From Candidatus Methanophagales archaeon (GTDB taxonomy: Archaea; Halobacteriota; Syntropharchaeia; Alkanophagales; Methanospirareceae): DNA of 64,000 nucleotides. A program made the position numbers and the translations under genes. Location of the stretch: contig JAFNKG010000005.1 of assembly GCA_017883965.1 (NCBI GenBank), forward strand, positions 194 through 64,193, written 5' to 3'. Below, piece after piece: positions 1-9,859 of the stretch. How positions within the stretch are numbered: the stretch's first letter is position 1; each line of letters opens with the position of its first letter. The notes under the pieces were generated by a model, which made no database searches, was not told the origin of the DNA, and was given only the letters and a program-made list of their open reading frames with translations.

Positions 1-266
1 CGGAGATTCCGATTGTCTTGCACGAGTGCCAGAGGGTTCTTCGAAGCGGCGGGCGTATCTGTGTTGTAGCAATGTCTAAGAAGGGAAAGGCCGGTGTGAT
101 GACGAGGCTTTACGAATGGTTGCACAAGAAGTTTCCGAATTGCTTTGATTGCCGACCGATCTTTGTCCAGAAGACGTTGGAAGATGCCGATTTTCTAATC
201 CTTGATGTAACAGAAATGTCCGTGTGGGGTTTGCCAGTTGAGATTGTTGTGGCAAGGAAAGTATAA
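1..266 (+). CDS. C-terminal fragment of a class I SAM-dependent methyltransferase; the 5' end lies outside the window
   Basis: The reading frame is open from the window edge. The motif [11 protein letters not shown] resembles the post-motif-II region (LkPGGrl) of Methyltransf_11/25 enzymes. The gene is convergent with the next gene. Confidence 0.4.
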   Translation, partial: EIPIVLHECQRVLRSGGRICVVAMSKKGKAGVMTRLYEWLHKKFPNCFDCRPIFVQKTLEDADFLILDVTEMSVWGLPVEIVVARKV

Positions 267-387
267 TTCGTGGTATTTGATTAGCTGCCAAGTTTCAAGA
301 TGCAGGATGCAAGATGCAGGACTATGATTTATGACCAGATTCCTCAGCTTTGTATCTTGTATCATGTATCATGCAGCGGCATTACGC

Positions 388-1791
388 CTAACAACCTGTA
401 AATTTAGTTCCTGCACTCTTAACAAAATTCTCGGCAAACCCTATATAAGAAGCAGCATGTAAATGAACGAAAGAAGCGAGGCAGTTCTTTGAAATGATGC
501 CGTCCATTCCATCTTTTATACCTTCCCCTCTGTGTATCTTATAAGCAAAATCAACGTTTGCCATATCTTCAAGCAGTATTTTAGAATAATGGAATTCATG
601 CCCCTTAAACCTGCTGCCTTTTTTTCCTAATATACAATCCTTCCGAAACTCACCCTCCACATAATTTATGACTCTCTTTTCGCCGCTCATCTTCGCCAAT
701 CCTTTTAGCACACCACACATCTCAAATCTATTACCCTTATATTCGAGTTCTTCCATCAGATACGTCACCCCGCCACACTCCGCGTATATAACCCCGTATC
801 CATCGTAAAAGTTTTTGAGGTCATCGAGCATTTGCGTATTCGAGGAAAGTTCCTCTGCATAAATATCCGGAAAGCCACCACCGATATAAACGGCATCCAC
901 GCCTCCCGGAAGCTTTTTATCCCTTATAGGACTGAAATATACGACCTCCGCACCTTCTAAAGCGAGTAAATCCAACGTATCCTGATAGTAAAAATTGAAC
1001 GCCTCGTCAAAAGCCACTGCAATCCTGACTTTTGCCTCTTCACTTCTACCCGCATGAAAAATCCTTGCCTCCGGCGTTTTCAGAGCACTTGCAGACTTTG
1101 CAACGTCAAAAAGCACTTTTATATCAACATTCTCCTCTACTGACGTTTTTATCCCATCCAAAACGCTGTTAAAATCACTCCATCTATTTTTACATTCCGT
1201 GGCGGTAATCAAGCCAAGGTGACGCATAGAAATACCCAGCTCGCTCTTACGCGGAATCTTACCGATAACTTTTACACCACTATACTTCTCCACTGCCTTC
1301 TCCGCCTTCTCTCCATGTCTCTCGCTTCCAATATTGTTTAAAATAACGCCTGCTATCTGCACCTCAGGGTCAAAACTTTTATAGCCGTTAACCACCGCGG
1401 CAACACTTCTCGTTATGCTACTCGCATCAATCACAAGTATAACCGGGCAGTGCAGAATCTTTGCTATCTGTGCAGTGCTTCCTGCATCATCGAAATAGTT
1501 CAAACCTTCGTAAAGCCCACGCACTCCTTCTATTACTGCAATATCCGCACCCTCACAGCCCCTTATAAATACCTCCTTCACCGTATCTGCTGGCATCAAA
1601 AAACCGTCCAGATTCCTCGACGGTCTGCCAGACACTAATGTATGAAACCCGGGGTCTATATAGTCAAGTCCAACCTTGAAACCCTGAACCTCATGCCCCC
1701 TCTCTCGCAAAGCGCCCAATAGTCCGATACACACGGTAGTCTTACCTGCCGAGCTTCTGTCTCCTGCAATCAACACTCTTGGGATGGTCAT
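388..1791 (-). CDS. cbiA: Cobyrinate / Ni-sirohydrochlorin a,c-diamide synthase (CbiA/CfbB family)
   Basis: 467 aa. The N-terminal P-loop reads IAGDRSSAGKTTVCIGLLGAL. The C-terminal glutamine amidotransferase region contains GHEFHYS. Both are typical of CbiA/CobB. Confidence 0.8.
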   Translation of the reverse strand: MTIPRVLIAGDRSSAGKTTVCIGLLGALRERGHEVQGFKVGLDYIDPGFHTLVSGRPSRNLDGFLMPADTVKEVFIRGCEGADIAVIEGVRGLYEGLNYFDDAGSTAQIAKILHCPVILVIDASSITRSVAAVVNGYKSFDPEVQIAGVILNNIGSERHGEKAEKAVEKYSGVKVIGKIPRKSELGISMRHLGLITATECKNRWSDFNSVLDGIKTSVEENVDIKVLFDVAKSASALKTPEARIFHAGRSEEAKVRIAVAFDEAFNFYYQDTLDLLALEGAEVVYFSPIRDKKLPGGVDAVYIGGGFPDIYAEELSSNTQMLDDLKNFYDGYGVIYAECGGVTYLMEELEYKGNRFEMCGVLKGLAKMSGEKRVINYVEGEFRKDCILGKKGSRFKGHEFHYSKILLEDMANVDFAYKIHRGEGIKDGMDGIISKNCLASFVHLHAASYIGFAENFVKSAGTKFTGC

Positions 1792-2095
1792 AATAATATA
1801 TATCTTTTACATGAGACCTAAACTATATATAAAGCGATATAATCAAAATTTTAGTGTATCTTGGATTCCTGCTATAATGTTGGAATAAGATGAATAAGAT
1901 ATACAAACAAGATGGCATCAAACAAAAAATATGAGGAACTGCTCTGGGTAGAAAAATATGATGATTATGAGAAAGGTGAGAAGATACCAATTGAAAAGCC
2001 GAACCTGCCTTTCCAAGTTGTGGAAACTGTGGATTTCACGGAAAGAACAAAACTCGGAGGAATAACACGAATAAGGTGGTGGAGGTGAGGGGGAG

Positions 2096-2956
2096 ATGAA
2101 TGAGGGGAAAGATTTAGAAGAAATGAAAATTTTAGTCCAGGATAACGGCGAAGTGCCGAAAGAAGACATTGGAGATTTGGGAGAGCAATTTACGGAGGGC
2201 CTATTTAAAGGATTTATAAGGAGGCATGGTACACCAGATTATACCATCACTATGAATAGAAAGGACTTTATCTTAGAGACAACTGTAATAGATAAGATAT
2301 ACCGAAACCCATTAAAAATTTTTTATGATATATGTAAGGAGATAGGGAATAAGAAATTGGCAGCAGACTATGGAATATCAGTAGATCCATCTAACCTTCA
2401 CGAAAAAGATGAAGATACTTTCAAAGAAGAATTAAATGAGATTATAAATATCATCCAAGACAAGCGCCCAAAATATCAAAAATTTTCTATAAAGGGGGTA
2501 ATACGGGATTATACCGTTACATTTGAAAGAAGAAATATAGATTCAACTAAACTTTGTTTGGGTGAAATCTATAGACCAGCATCTAATTTAATCCATACTT
2601 TGATAAAAAAAGGGAAAAACAAACAAATAGAAAAAAGTGATATATTATTGTTGATAATCCTCAACGATTTAGTAGAAAAGAATTACGAGTTACTTGATGA
2701 ATTGTATAAACAAATGGAGGGAGGAACAGAAAATGAGTTTATCACTCAGTATCGTCTTGAAGAAACTGTATGGTTTAACACAAGACTAAAATGTGTTATA
2801 GCCGTTTATCCGGGGGATAAAAATGTGGTCGTCTGTCCTTCTTTATGTCATTATGAGGAGTTTAGTGCGGTTGAATACACAATCTTACGAAAAGTTATAG
2901 AAAATAAGGGATTTAAAGTGGATTCTGTTGTGCATAGCTCGACTATAAATGGATAA
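2096..2956 (+). CDS. Hypothetical protein of 286 aa with no recognisable domain, encoded in AT-rich DNA
   Basis: Long ORF with an upstream purine-rich RBS (ggaggtgaggggga). It lies directly upstream of the AbiE pair. Confidence 0.5.
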   Translation: MNEGKDLEEMKILVQDNGEVPKEDIGDLGEQFTEGLFKGFIRRHGTPDYTITMNRKDFILETTVIDKIYRNPLKIFYDICKEIGNKKLAADYGISVDPSNLHEKDEDTFKEELNEIINIIQDKRPKYQKFSIKGVIRDYTVTFERRNIDSTKLCLGEIYRPASNLIHTLIKKGKNKQIEKSDILLLIILNDLVEKNYELLDELYKQMEGGTENEFITQYRLEETVWFNTRLKCVIAVYPGDKNVVVCPSLCHYEEFSAVEYTILRKVIENKGFKVDSVVHSSTING

Positions 2957-3034
2957 AATAACAAAAAAGAGTGGAAAGTTTTTCTCAACCATATACACCA
3001 ACAATAACAGAATTGTTAAGGATGGTGCATAAAA

Positions 3035-3796
3035 ATGCGAATTACAATGCTTGAAGAACTGGCAAAAAAGGGAAATACTTTCACTATTGAGCATGTTCTA
3101 AGTACGACAAATATTCAAAAAGAGGTGTTATGGGTGATTCTTTCACGATTGGAGAAGAAGGGATGGATTGAGCGAATAGAAAAAGGAAAATATATGATCA
3201 TCCCGCTTGGTGCAGAGAAAGGAAAATATACGTTAAATGAATTTGTTATTGGTTCTTTGCTGGTAAATCCCTATTGTGTTGCTTACTGGAGTGCTCTCAA
3301 TTTTTATGGATTGACCGAGCAGATACCAAATACTGTTTTCATACAGACAACTTCAAGAAAGAAAAAACAGGCAATTGAGGTCTTTGATGTCCGATACAGG
3401 ATTGTTAGGGTAAAAGAAGAGAAGTTTTTTGGAATTAGAAAGGAGTGGATTGAAAACACGCAAATAAACATCACGGATAAAGAAAAAACAATAATAGATT
3501 GCCTTGATAAACCACGGTATTGCGGTGGCGTAATCGAAGTTGCCAAGGCACTAAAATATGGCAGCGAACTGGACAAGAAAAAACTCTTGGAATACGCCCA
3601 AAAGATTGGAAATTCGGGTGTTATTAGAAGATTTGGCTATCTCTGCGATTTCTTAGCCATAGACATTAGCATTCCTGAAATTAAAACGAGGAATTACCTT
3701 TTACTTGACCCCACGATGCCCCATAAAGGTTCAAAAAACGCAAAATGGAGATTGATCATAAATCTGGATGATAAAATACTTGGAGATTTGGAATGA
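3035..3796 (+). CDS. AbiEi-family type IV toxin-antitoxin antitoxin (winged-HTH transcriptional regulator)
   Basis: The N-terminus LEELAKKGNTFTIEHVL...LSRLEKKGWIERIEKGKYMI matches the AbiEi_4 wHTH signature with its G-x-Y motif. It overlaps the downstream AbiEii gene by 4 bp. Confidence 0.65.
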   Translation: MRITMLEELAKKGNTFTIEHVLSTTNIQKEVLWVILSRLEKKGWIERIEKGKYMIIPLGAEKGKYTLNEFVIGSLLVNPYCVAYWSALNFYGLTEQIPNTVFIQTTSRKKKQAIEVFDVRYRIVRVKEEKFFGIRKEWIENTQINITDKEKTIIDCLDKPRYCGGVIEVAKALKYGSELDKKKLLEYAQKIGNSGVIRRFGYLCDFLAIDISIPEIKTRNYLLLDPTMPHKGSKNAKWRLIINLDDKILGDLE

Positions 3797-4584
3797 TACC
3801 TTCAAGAGAGATAAGGGAGAAAGCGAGGGAGTGCGGTGTTCCAGAAACAACGGTTGAAAGAGACTATGCTCAAAATTGGCTGTTAAAATACCTCGCAACT
3901 AAAGATATGCTTCTAAAAGGTGGCACAGGGATAAGAAAAATCTATATTGCAAATTACAGATTCTCTGATGACCTGGACTTCACTTTGCTGGAAGATTTAG
4001 AGAGGAAAGATTTAGAAAACCAAATCAGTAACGCAGTAAAAGGAGCTAAAGAAGAAAGCGGAATAAATTTTGATGATAGTCTTCAGATTGATGAGAATGA
4101 AAATGGATACTTTGTTTCTGTCTATTTTAGGATTATGCGTAACGTTGGGAATCCATTAAAAATCAAACTGGATATTACAAAAACCAAAAAGGAAATAATA
4201 TTGCTTCCGATAGAAAAGAAGTCCATTACTCATCCTTATTCTGATGATTACAAAGCTGAAATAATCGCTTATTCTCTGGAGGAGATTGTCGCTGAAAAGG
4301 CACGTGCTTTATTTGAAAGAACGAGACCAAGGGACCTCTACGACGTAGGGTATCTATGGAATAGGGTCAATAAAGAGAAGGTGTTAGAGGTACTGGAAGA
4401 GAAATGCAGATTTAAGGATGTAACCATCAATATTTCATCCATCATAAATAGAAAAAGCGATTTTGATAATGCGTGGGAGGTTACACTTAGACATCAATTG
4501 AAACAACTCCCGGACTTTAATAAAACATTTGATACAGTTTTAGGAATAATTAAAGGATTTGAAGAAGAGAATGAAACCAACTGA
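3793..4584 (+). CDS. AbiEii/AbiGii-family nucleotidyltransferase toxin
   Basis: The family motif LKGGTGIRKIY...YRFSDDLDFTL is present (consensus GGTaL...RfSeDlDf). It is translationally coupled to AbiEi. Confidence 0.75.
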   Translation: MIPSREIREKARECGVPETTVERDYAQNWLLKYLATKDMLLKGGTGIRKIYIANYRFSDDLDFTLLEDLERKDLENQISNAVKGAKEESGINFDDSLQIDENENGYFVSVYFRIMRNVGNPLKIKLDITKTKKEIILLPIEKKSITHPYSDDYKAEIIAYSLEEIVAEKARALFERTRPRDLYDVGYLWNRVNKEKVLEVLEEKCRFKDVTINISSIINRKSDFDNAWEVTLRHQLKQLPDFNKTFDTVLGIIKGFEEENETN

Positions 4585-4733
4585 GCTTTTAAATCAGGAA
4601 CAAAGACGCCTAAGTGTAATGTCCATCAACATATTGCCGTTTTTGTTCTACCGCGCGGACAGATAGAAAGCCACTAATATTAAAAACGCATATTTATTGG
4701 ATAGTTTCGGCAACAAGTCTATAGACACTATAA

Positions 4734-7265
4734 TTAGATTTCCATCGTGGAGGCATGAGCACTGCAAGAAAAGCCCCTATTCTCTCCTGGTTTTCCTGCC
4801 CACTTCCAACTCTTACCAAAATCCGGAGAAGCTCTTAAGGTATATTCAAATTTACCTTCTTTTGGTGGCTCTATTCCGCCAGTATAAACATATTTATCAC
4901 CTTCCCGCTCAGTAAAATGCAGGTTTATGTGTATCCATTTTCCTTCTTCAGTTGCATTTGTCCAGATCTGAACAAGCACATCCTCTAGGGGCACACCTTC
5001 ACTCAAACTTACCATTGCAGTAACGGGTAAACTCTCTCCCAGGCCAATAGTTACTATTTCTTTAATAGGTCGGGTATCTTCAATCGAGATAACCCCTTCT
5101 CTTTTAAGCGCCTTATTCCACTGCCTTAAGTATTCTGCTGCAGTCAGTTCCGCCTCTAAGATGCGGCTGAGCCTTACAGAAGTCGCCTGATATTTTGCGA
5201 AATCATCAGGATTCATCTCTATCAGCCTTTTAAGTATGGCAAGATAGCTTTGAGATGTGGGATTAGCAGGGATTATGGTATTCCCTTCTCCGGGCACGGC
5301 AAAATTAACGATTACACCTTGAGGCTGTATAATTCCTTCTTTATACGGCGGACCGACTACAAGTCCTCCATTAGCAGAGACATCCGTCTCGGTATATCCC
5401 GCCGCCTCTGTTCCTCTGTCTGAATCCTGAACCTGAATATCGGTAGCGGCTAAAAGTGCAATTTGCTCTTCTATGGTGAAGTTATTGACCACTATTAACT
5501 TTCCCGGGTATCCTTTTGCTTCGAGCCTGTTACGAAACGCCATTAATCCCTTATAAAGCTCCTGGCTTCCTTTCCCGGGCTGAACACTGCCGAAAATGAT
5601 TACCTGTGCACCCATCTTGACTAACTCCTCAATATTTTCATCTGTAAATGCCCGCTTGCGCCCTGCCTTCTCATCTACCAAACGACCGGAATAAGAAATT
5701 ACTGGCTGATAAGGATTCAGTCCCAATTTGACCTTAGCAATTCTTTTCACTATTTCTATCTGTTGTGCTGTAGGAAATTCGACATCCACATCCTCAAAAG
5801 CATCCTTCAAAATTCCCCTGAACACCTTTGCTGAAAAGCTCCTGTCATCTCCGTTGGTAATGGAAATCAGCGGCACACCTTTATCATAATCCTTAACCTC
5901 TTCTACCTGGATCTCACTCACTCCATTGACTCCGTTAGCAGAACGAATCCCTCCACTGCTTATGTCTATAACTCCTTCTTTGGGAATAAACCACCATCTC
6001 ACTTCTTCCGGTAACTTCCACTGTGATAAAATCCTATTTCCTTCCTCATAGCCAAATATCCCACGATTACCGTAAGTATGAGTAGTAAACCAGAACAGGG
6101 CATCGTCTAATACCCCTTTATTATTACGCAAAAATCTGAATATATTTGGAAGTGCAGTCTGAGCATCATTGGTGTGGATAACAGGAGATTTATACTCTTT
6201 CCCATGTCTTTCAAACGCTCGTTCTTCCAGAATACCGATTAACTTTAAGGCTGCTCTTGAGAAAAATTCTGTAAAGTCTTCCCAACTGGTGTATTCTCCA
6301 CCATAAAAATATAACGTCTTCACATGGTAGGCTTCTTTATCCCTGACCAAGAATATAGGTATATCCTCCTCCCTGGTCTTCCCTGTGTAAACAACAACCT
6401 CGACAGGCTTACCCCCTACCTCTATTGCAAACCTTATATATTCTTTTATATCCTTTATTGACTTCTTCCATTTCACCTCTACCTCTTTGCCTTCTCTATT
6501 TAGCCCGTATGGAAAATAAGGCTCAATATGAATAACTTCTGCATCTCTGCCAATTAGTCTCTTTATTGCTTTACCGTGGTTGCGCATAACCCGCTTTAAC
6601 CCGCCTCCTTCTCTTCCCGGATGCCAGATTTCACAGGCAATCTGATAGATACGACGCCCAACAAGTAAAGGAGCGTTCTCTTTCAGCCAATTCTCAGAAA
6701 CTCTACCTGACATCAGCAAAATGGAGTTAATCAAAGGGTCCGCTTGCAGGAAAACACCGGCATCGTGAAGAATAGAAAGCAATCTTTCCTGCTCTTCTTT
6801 ATCTAAGAGAGTTACTGCTTTTAATACCGGCCAGCGTGCTTCAACGGGATGCAAAGGCTTTATACTGGTTGTCCATGAGAGTAGTTTAAGAAAATTAAGT
6901 AAGGTATTGTAATCGTCTAATCTTTCTCTTAAATTACGGATAACCCATTTATAATCGCAGGTTAAAATAGCCAGCTCCGTGAATCCTTTCTTCGGCTTAT
7001 AAAGTAATTCTCTTATCTGCTCTTCATTTAGCTTAAAACCATGTACAAGGAATTCATCTCTGGAAAGTGATATAATTCTTTTTTCATCAACAAGTGCCTC
7101 TCCTCCCAACTGCTCCTTCATATTAACCATTGTCTGACTGAGTAAATTCAAAAGATACCATTCTGGTGAAAGTGCCCCAAGATTTTCTACCCCTACCGCC
7201 AACTCTGCAATCTCTCCTGCTAACTTCGATGCTGCTTCATCCATTTGGTGAATTGTAGCTACCAT
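4734..7265 (-). CDS. Large GT-B fold glycosyltransferase, alpha-glucan phosphorylase/glycogen-synthase-like
   Basis: 843 aa. The N-terminal region contains REGGGLKRV, which resembles the glycogen synthase KxGGL motif. The C-terminal Rossmann half contains TEAAGYTETDVSANGGL, which resembles the GT35 EASGTSNMK...NGAL stretch but lacks its lysine. The size fits alpha-glucan phosphorylases. Confidence 0.4.
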   Translation of the reverse strand: MVATIHQMDEAASKLAGEIAELAVGVENLGALSPEWYLLNLLSQTMVNMKEQLGGEALVDEKRIISLSRDEFLVHGFKLNEEQIRELLYKPKKGFTELAILTCDYKWVIRNLRERLDDYNTLLNFLKLLSWTTSIKPLHPVEARWPVLKAVTLLDKEEQERLLSILHDAGVFLQADPLINSILLMSGRVSENWLKENAPLLVGRRIYQIACEIWHPGREGGGLKRVMRNHGKAIKRLIGRDAEVIHIEPYFPYGLNREGKEVEVKWKKSIKDIKEYIRFAIEVGGKPVEVVVYTGKTREEDIPIFLVRDKEAYHVKTLYFYGGEYTSWEDFTEFFSRAALKLIGILEERAFERHGKEYKSPVIHTNDAQTALPNIFRFLRNNKGVLDDALFWFTTHTYGNRGIFGYEEGNRILSQWKLPEEVRWWFIPKEGVIDISSGGIRSANGVNGVSEIQVEEVKDYDKGVPLISITNGDDRSFSAKVFRGILKDAFEDVDVEFPTAQQIEIVKRIAKVKLGLNPYQPVISYSGRLVDEKAGRKRAFTDENIEELVKMGAQVIIFGSVQPGKGSQELYKGLMAFRNRLEAKGYPGKLIVVNNFTIEEQIALLAATDIQVQDSDRGTEAAGYTETDVSANGGLVVGPPYKEGIIQPQGVIVNFAVPGEGNTIIPANPTSQSYLAILKRLIEMNPDDFAKYQATSVRLSRILEAELTAAEYLRQWNKALKREGVISIEDTRPIKEIVTIGLGESLPVTAMVSLSEGVPLEDVLVQIWTNATEEGKWIHINLHFTEREGDKYVYTGGIEPPKEGKFEYTLRASPDFGKSWKWAGKPGENRGFSCSAHASTMEI

Positions 7266-7266
7266 T

Positions 7267-7638
7267 TTACGCTTCTAAAATCCGCACTATCGCATTCTGC
7301 CATTTCCTGAGCTTGCTTAATATCGCTCTCGCTTCTATCATTGTAAATGGTATGCGGCGACTAAAAACAGTTTCTCGATAGATTTCCATCTCTGCTGCAA
7401 TACCCTCAAATCGTTCATCTCTTCTTAAAATCCACTCCATTATTTGTAATACCTCCCTCATCTTCTCCACCTCAGAAAGACCGGTTTCAATTAAAAATTC
7501 GATTGTATCTTTCAAATCGTCGGGTAGCGTGGGTTCCAATATACATACCATCTTTATCCCTTTCTTCCCCTTTATTATAACATCATCATCGTGAACCCAC
7601 ACAAACGGCAAAGACATGGGAGATATATTGTTCGTCAT
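7267..7638 (-). CDS. Hypothetical protein of 123 aa, co-directional with the glycosyltransferase
   Basis: The ORF ends 2 bp before the downstream gene, so it is probably co-transcribed. No recognisable motif. Confidence 0.35.
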   Translation of the reverse strand: MTNNISPMSLPFVWVHDDDVIIKGKKGIKMVCILEPTLPDDLKDTIEFLIETGLSEVEKMREVLQIMEWILRRDERFEGIAAEMEIYRETVFSRRIPFTMIEARAILSKLRKWQNAIVRILEA

Positions 7639-7793
7639 AACTGATACTTTGTTATTATAAGCTTTAAAATTATTTGTTTACCGCCGTGGTCACGGAGAGC
7701 GCTGAGATAAGATGAGATAAATGATTTTTCTGACTCTCTGTGTTCTCTGCGGGCTCAGCGGTAAATAAGTACAAAATATAATATCAATATCCT

Positions 7794-8432
7794 CTAAAAA
7801 CCTATTTCCTCCATCAACATCCTTATGTGCTCGCTTATTTCATGAAACCTGCGATGTCTTCTCGTAGGATAATAAGAAATCATAAACTTGATGTTTTTAT
7901 CCCCCATCTTCATTTCTAACACTTTTCCCGCTGCCTCGGATAATGTCCTTCCCACTTGCACTCGCATGCCCCATAGATTGCGTAAGATAAAAAAACCACG
8001 TAGCGCTGTCCTTCCTAATAAACAAATACCATCGGGCTTTATATACTCTATTTCTCGTTTAAGGTGGCACTCCGCACAGAGTTTTATAACTTTTCCATGA
8101 GGTGCTGCATTTTGCCCGTTTCTCGCCGAGGGGCATTTCGCTGTCGGCAGAAGATAAAAACCCGCAGCGATAAAATCGCTTACGGAGCTGATTTCATAGC
8201 CCAGGTCAGTTCGTAAGATCTCAAATAAACTATTTCGCAGTCTATCATTTGATTTTTTATTGTAGAAGTAGTAGCGACTGTTCAGAGGCGGTGCTTCGGA
8301 AATAAAAAGAAGCTTTACGTCCTGCGGCTCTGATACAGGAACCCGCTCATCAGGGCATATAACCTCACAATTGTCTTCTTCCTTGCACTTCTTACATTGT
8401 CTTATCTCCTCTTGTAGTTCGTTCCAGTTCAT
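7794..8432 (-). CDS. Uracil-DNA glycosylase superfamily protein (family 4-like, likely Fe-S)
   Basis: The N-terminal Cys cluster CKKCKEEDNCEVIC is present. LFISEAPP resembles motif A (GEaPG). KCPS matches the conserved kCrP. SYYPTRRH resembles motif B (HPS). Confidence 0.45.
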   Translation of the reverse strand: MNWNELQEEIRQCKKCKEEDNCEVICPDERVPVSEPQDVKLLFISEAPPLNSRYYFYNKKSNDRLRNSLFEILRTDLGYEISSVSDFIAAGFYLLPTAKCPSARNGQNAAPHGKVIKLCAECHLKREIEYIKPDGICLLGRTALRGFFILRNLWGMRVQVGRTLSEAAGKVLEMKMGDKNIKFMISYYPTRRHRRFHEISEHIRMLMEEIGF

Positions 8433-8474
8433 ATTGCCATCGTTAGGGCATGCTTTCTTATCTAATTATAACTT

Positions 8475-9257
8475 ATGTCATATACGCCAGATACGAAGGT
8501 GCAAGATAAAATGACATGGAAGGATGAGAAAGAAGAACTCGGAAAAGAGATAACTCGTTTATTATACGAAAAGGGGCTGATTAAAACGTGGTATCGTGAT
8601 AATCCAGACGGTTGGAAGCTCGTTTCTGGCTTATGGAGTCCTTTCTACATACAATTACGACCGCTTCCTTCTTATCCCGAACTGCTCCGAAAGGTGGGAC
8701 ATGCACTTGGAAAAATGCTCAAAGAGGAATGCAAAGCAGTGAATAAAGTAGTGGGCGTAGCAATGACTGGGATACCTATTGCATGTGCAATAACGTTACA
8801 AGAAGGCATACCCTCTTTATGGACGAGAAAAATAGATGTCCGGTCTTTAGACGAATTTAAAAGATACATTCAAAGTTATGGTGAGCATACGCTGGTAGAG
8901 GGCGAGTTTGAGACAGGCGACCGGATAGCGGTTATTGATGACTTAGCGACAAAATTCGATTCCAAACTCGTTGCTATTGAGCAAATAAAAACCGAAGCGA
9001 AGAAGAAGGGTTTAAAGATCGAATGTAAGGATGTGGTTGTTTTACTTGATCGCGAGCAAGGAGCGGCTGAAGTCGCATCTCAGCATGGCATTTCTTTTCA
9101 TTCGCTCATCCCTTTTAAATCGAAAGGAATTGAATGGCTGAAAACTTCGCTATCTGAGATTGAATATGAAGTCATCACTGAATATCTACGGGACGAGAAG
9201 AAATATCAGGATGCGGGGGTTCAAGAGGAGTTATATGAGGTGTGTTTAAAAAGATAA
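8475..9257 (+). CDS. Orotate-phosphoribosyltransferase-like type I PRTase
   Basis: A PRPP-binding loop is present (IAVIDDLATKFDS). The N-terminal region GWKLVSGLWSPFYIQLR resembles the OPRT start (f.lsSGr.SpyY.d.r). At 260 aa it is longer than canonical PyrE. Confidence 0.5.
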   Translation: MSYTPDTKVQDKMTWKDEKEELGKEITRLLYEKGLIKTWYRDNPDGWKLVSGLWSPFYIQLRPLPSYPELLRKVGHALGKMLKEECKAVNKVVGVAMTGIPIACAITLQEGIPSLWTRKIDVRSLDEFKRYIQSYGEHTLVEGEFETGDRIAVIDDLATKFDSKLVAIEQIKTEAKKKGLKIECKDVVVLLDREQGAAEVASQHGISFHSLIPFKSKGIEWLKTSLSEIEYEVITEYLRDEKKYQDAGVQEELYEVCLKR

Positions 9258-9859
9258 TAAACTATATAGTAAATAGGGAAGAAATCATGAAAAAAGGGGG
9301 TTATAAAAGTAAAAGTGATTTTTTGCAGAGGAAACAATTAAAATGGTCTAAAAGGAGCGAAATGCGGGAATTCTTTAAGAATAGATCGAAAATAAAAAGC
9401 GGTGAGATTATCGAAGAAGTAAGAGAAGAAGAAGACAAGGATATATGCAGCGGATTCAATGCATGTTGCAACGGCAAACAATACCAACGCTAACGTGATG
9501 CTGGTTGACGATAGGCATTTTGAGAAGTTTTCTGGGATTGAAGACATGAAGGTATTGAATGTCGCGGATGATGCTTTTCGTGACGTATTTGCAGAAATAA
9601 AGGACAGTTCAAAGAAATTTTGAAGGATGGACGAATATAAAATAAAGATACGGGATGTTGCAAAGGTGGAAAGTCTCCAAGAAGAAGGTTATCAAATCCC
9701 TGTATTGCAAACAAGGGAAGAATTGATAGATTTCTTAATACGAAACAAAGCGTATCCTTACTGTAGCAAAACAGGGAAAATCTTTTTAGGAGATTTAAAA
9801 AAGCGGAAGACGAGAATACGAATTTTGAGGGAATAATAAAGAATGGTGCCGTTAGAAAA

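Noticed and set aside
290-370. Short tandem oligomers (gatgcagg x3, tgtatcat x3) between convergent genes
   Set aside because: This is low-complexity intergenic sequence with no CRISPR-like architecture. It is at most a terminator or spacer region, and I could not support a specific structure.
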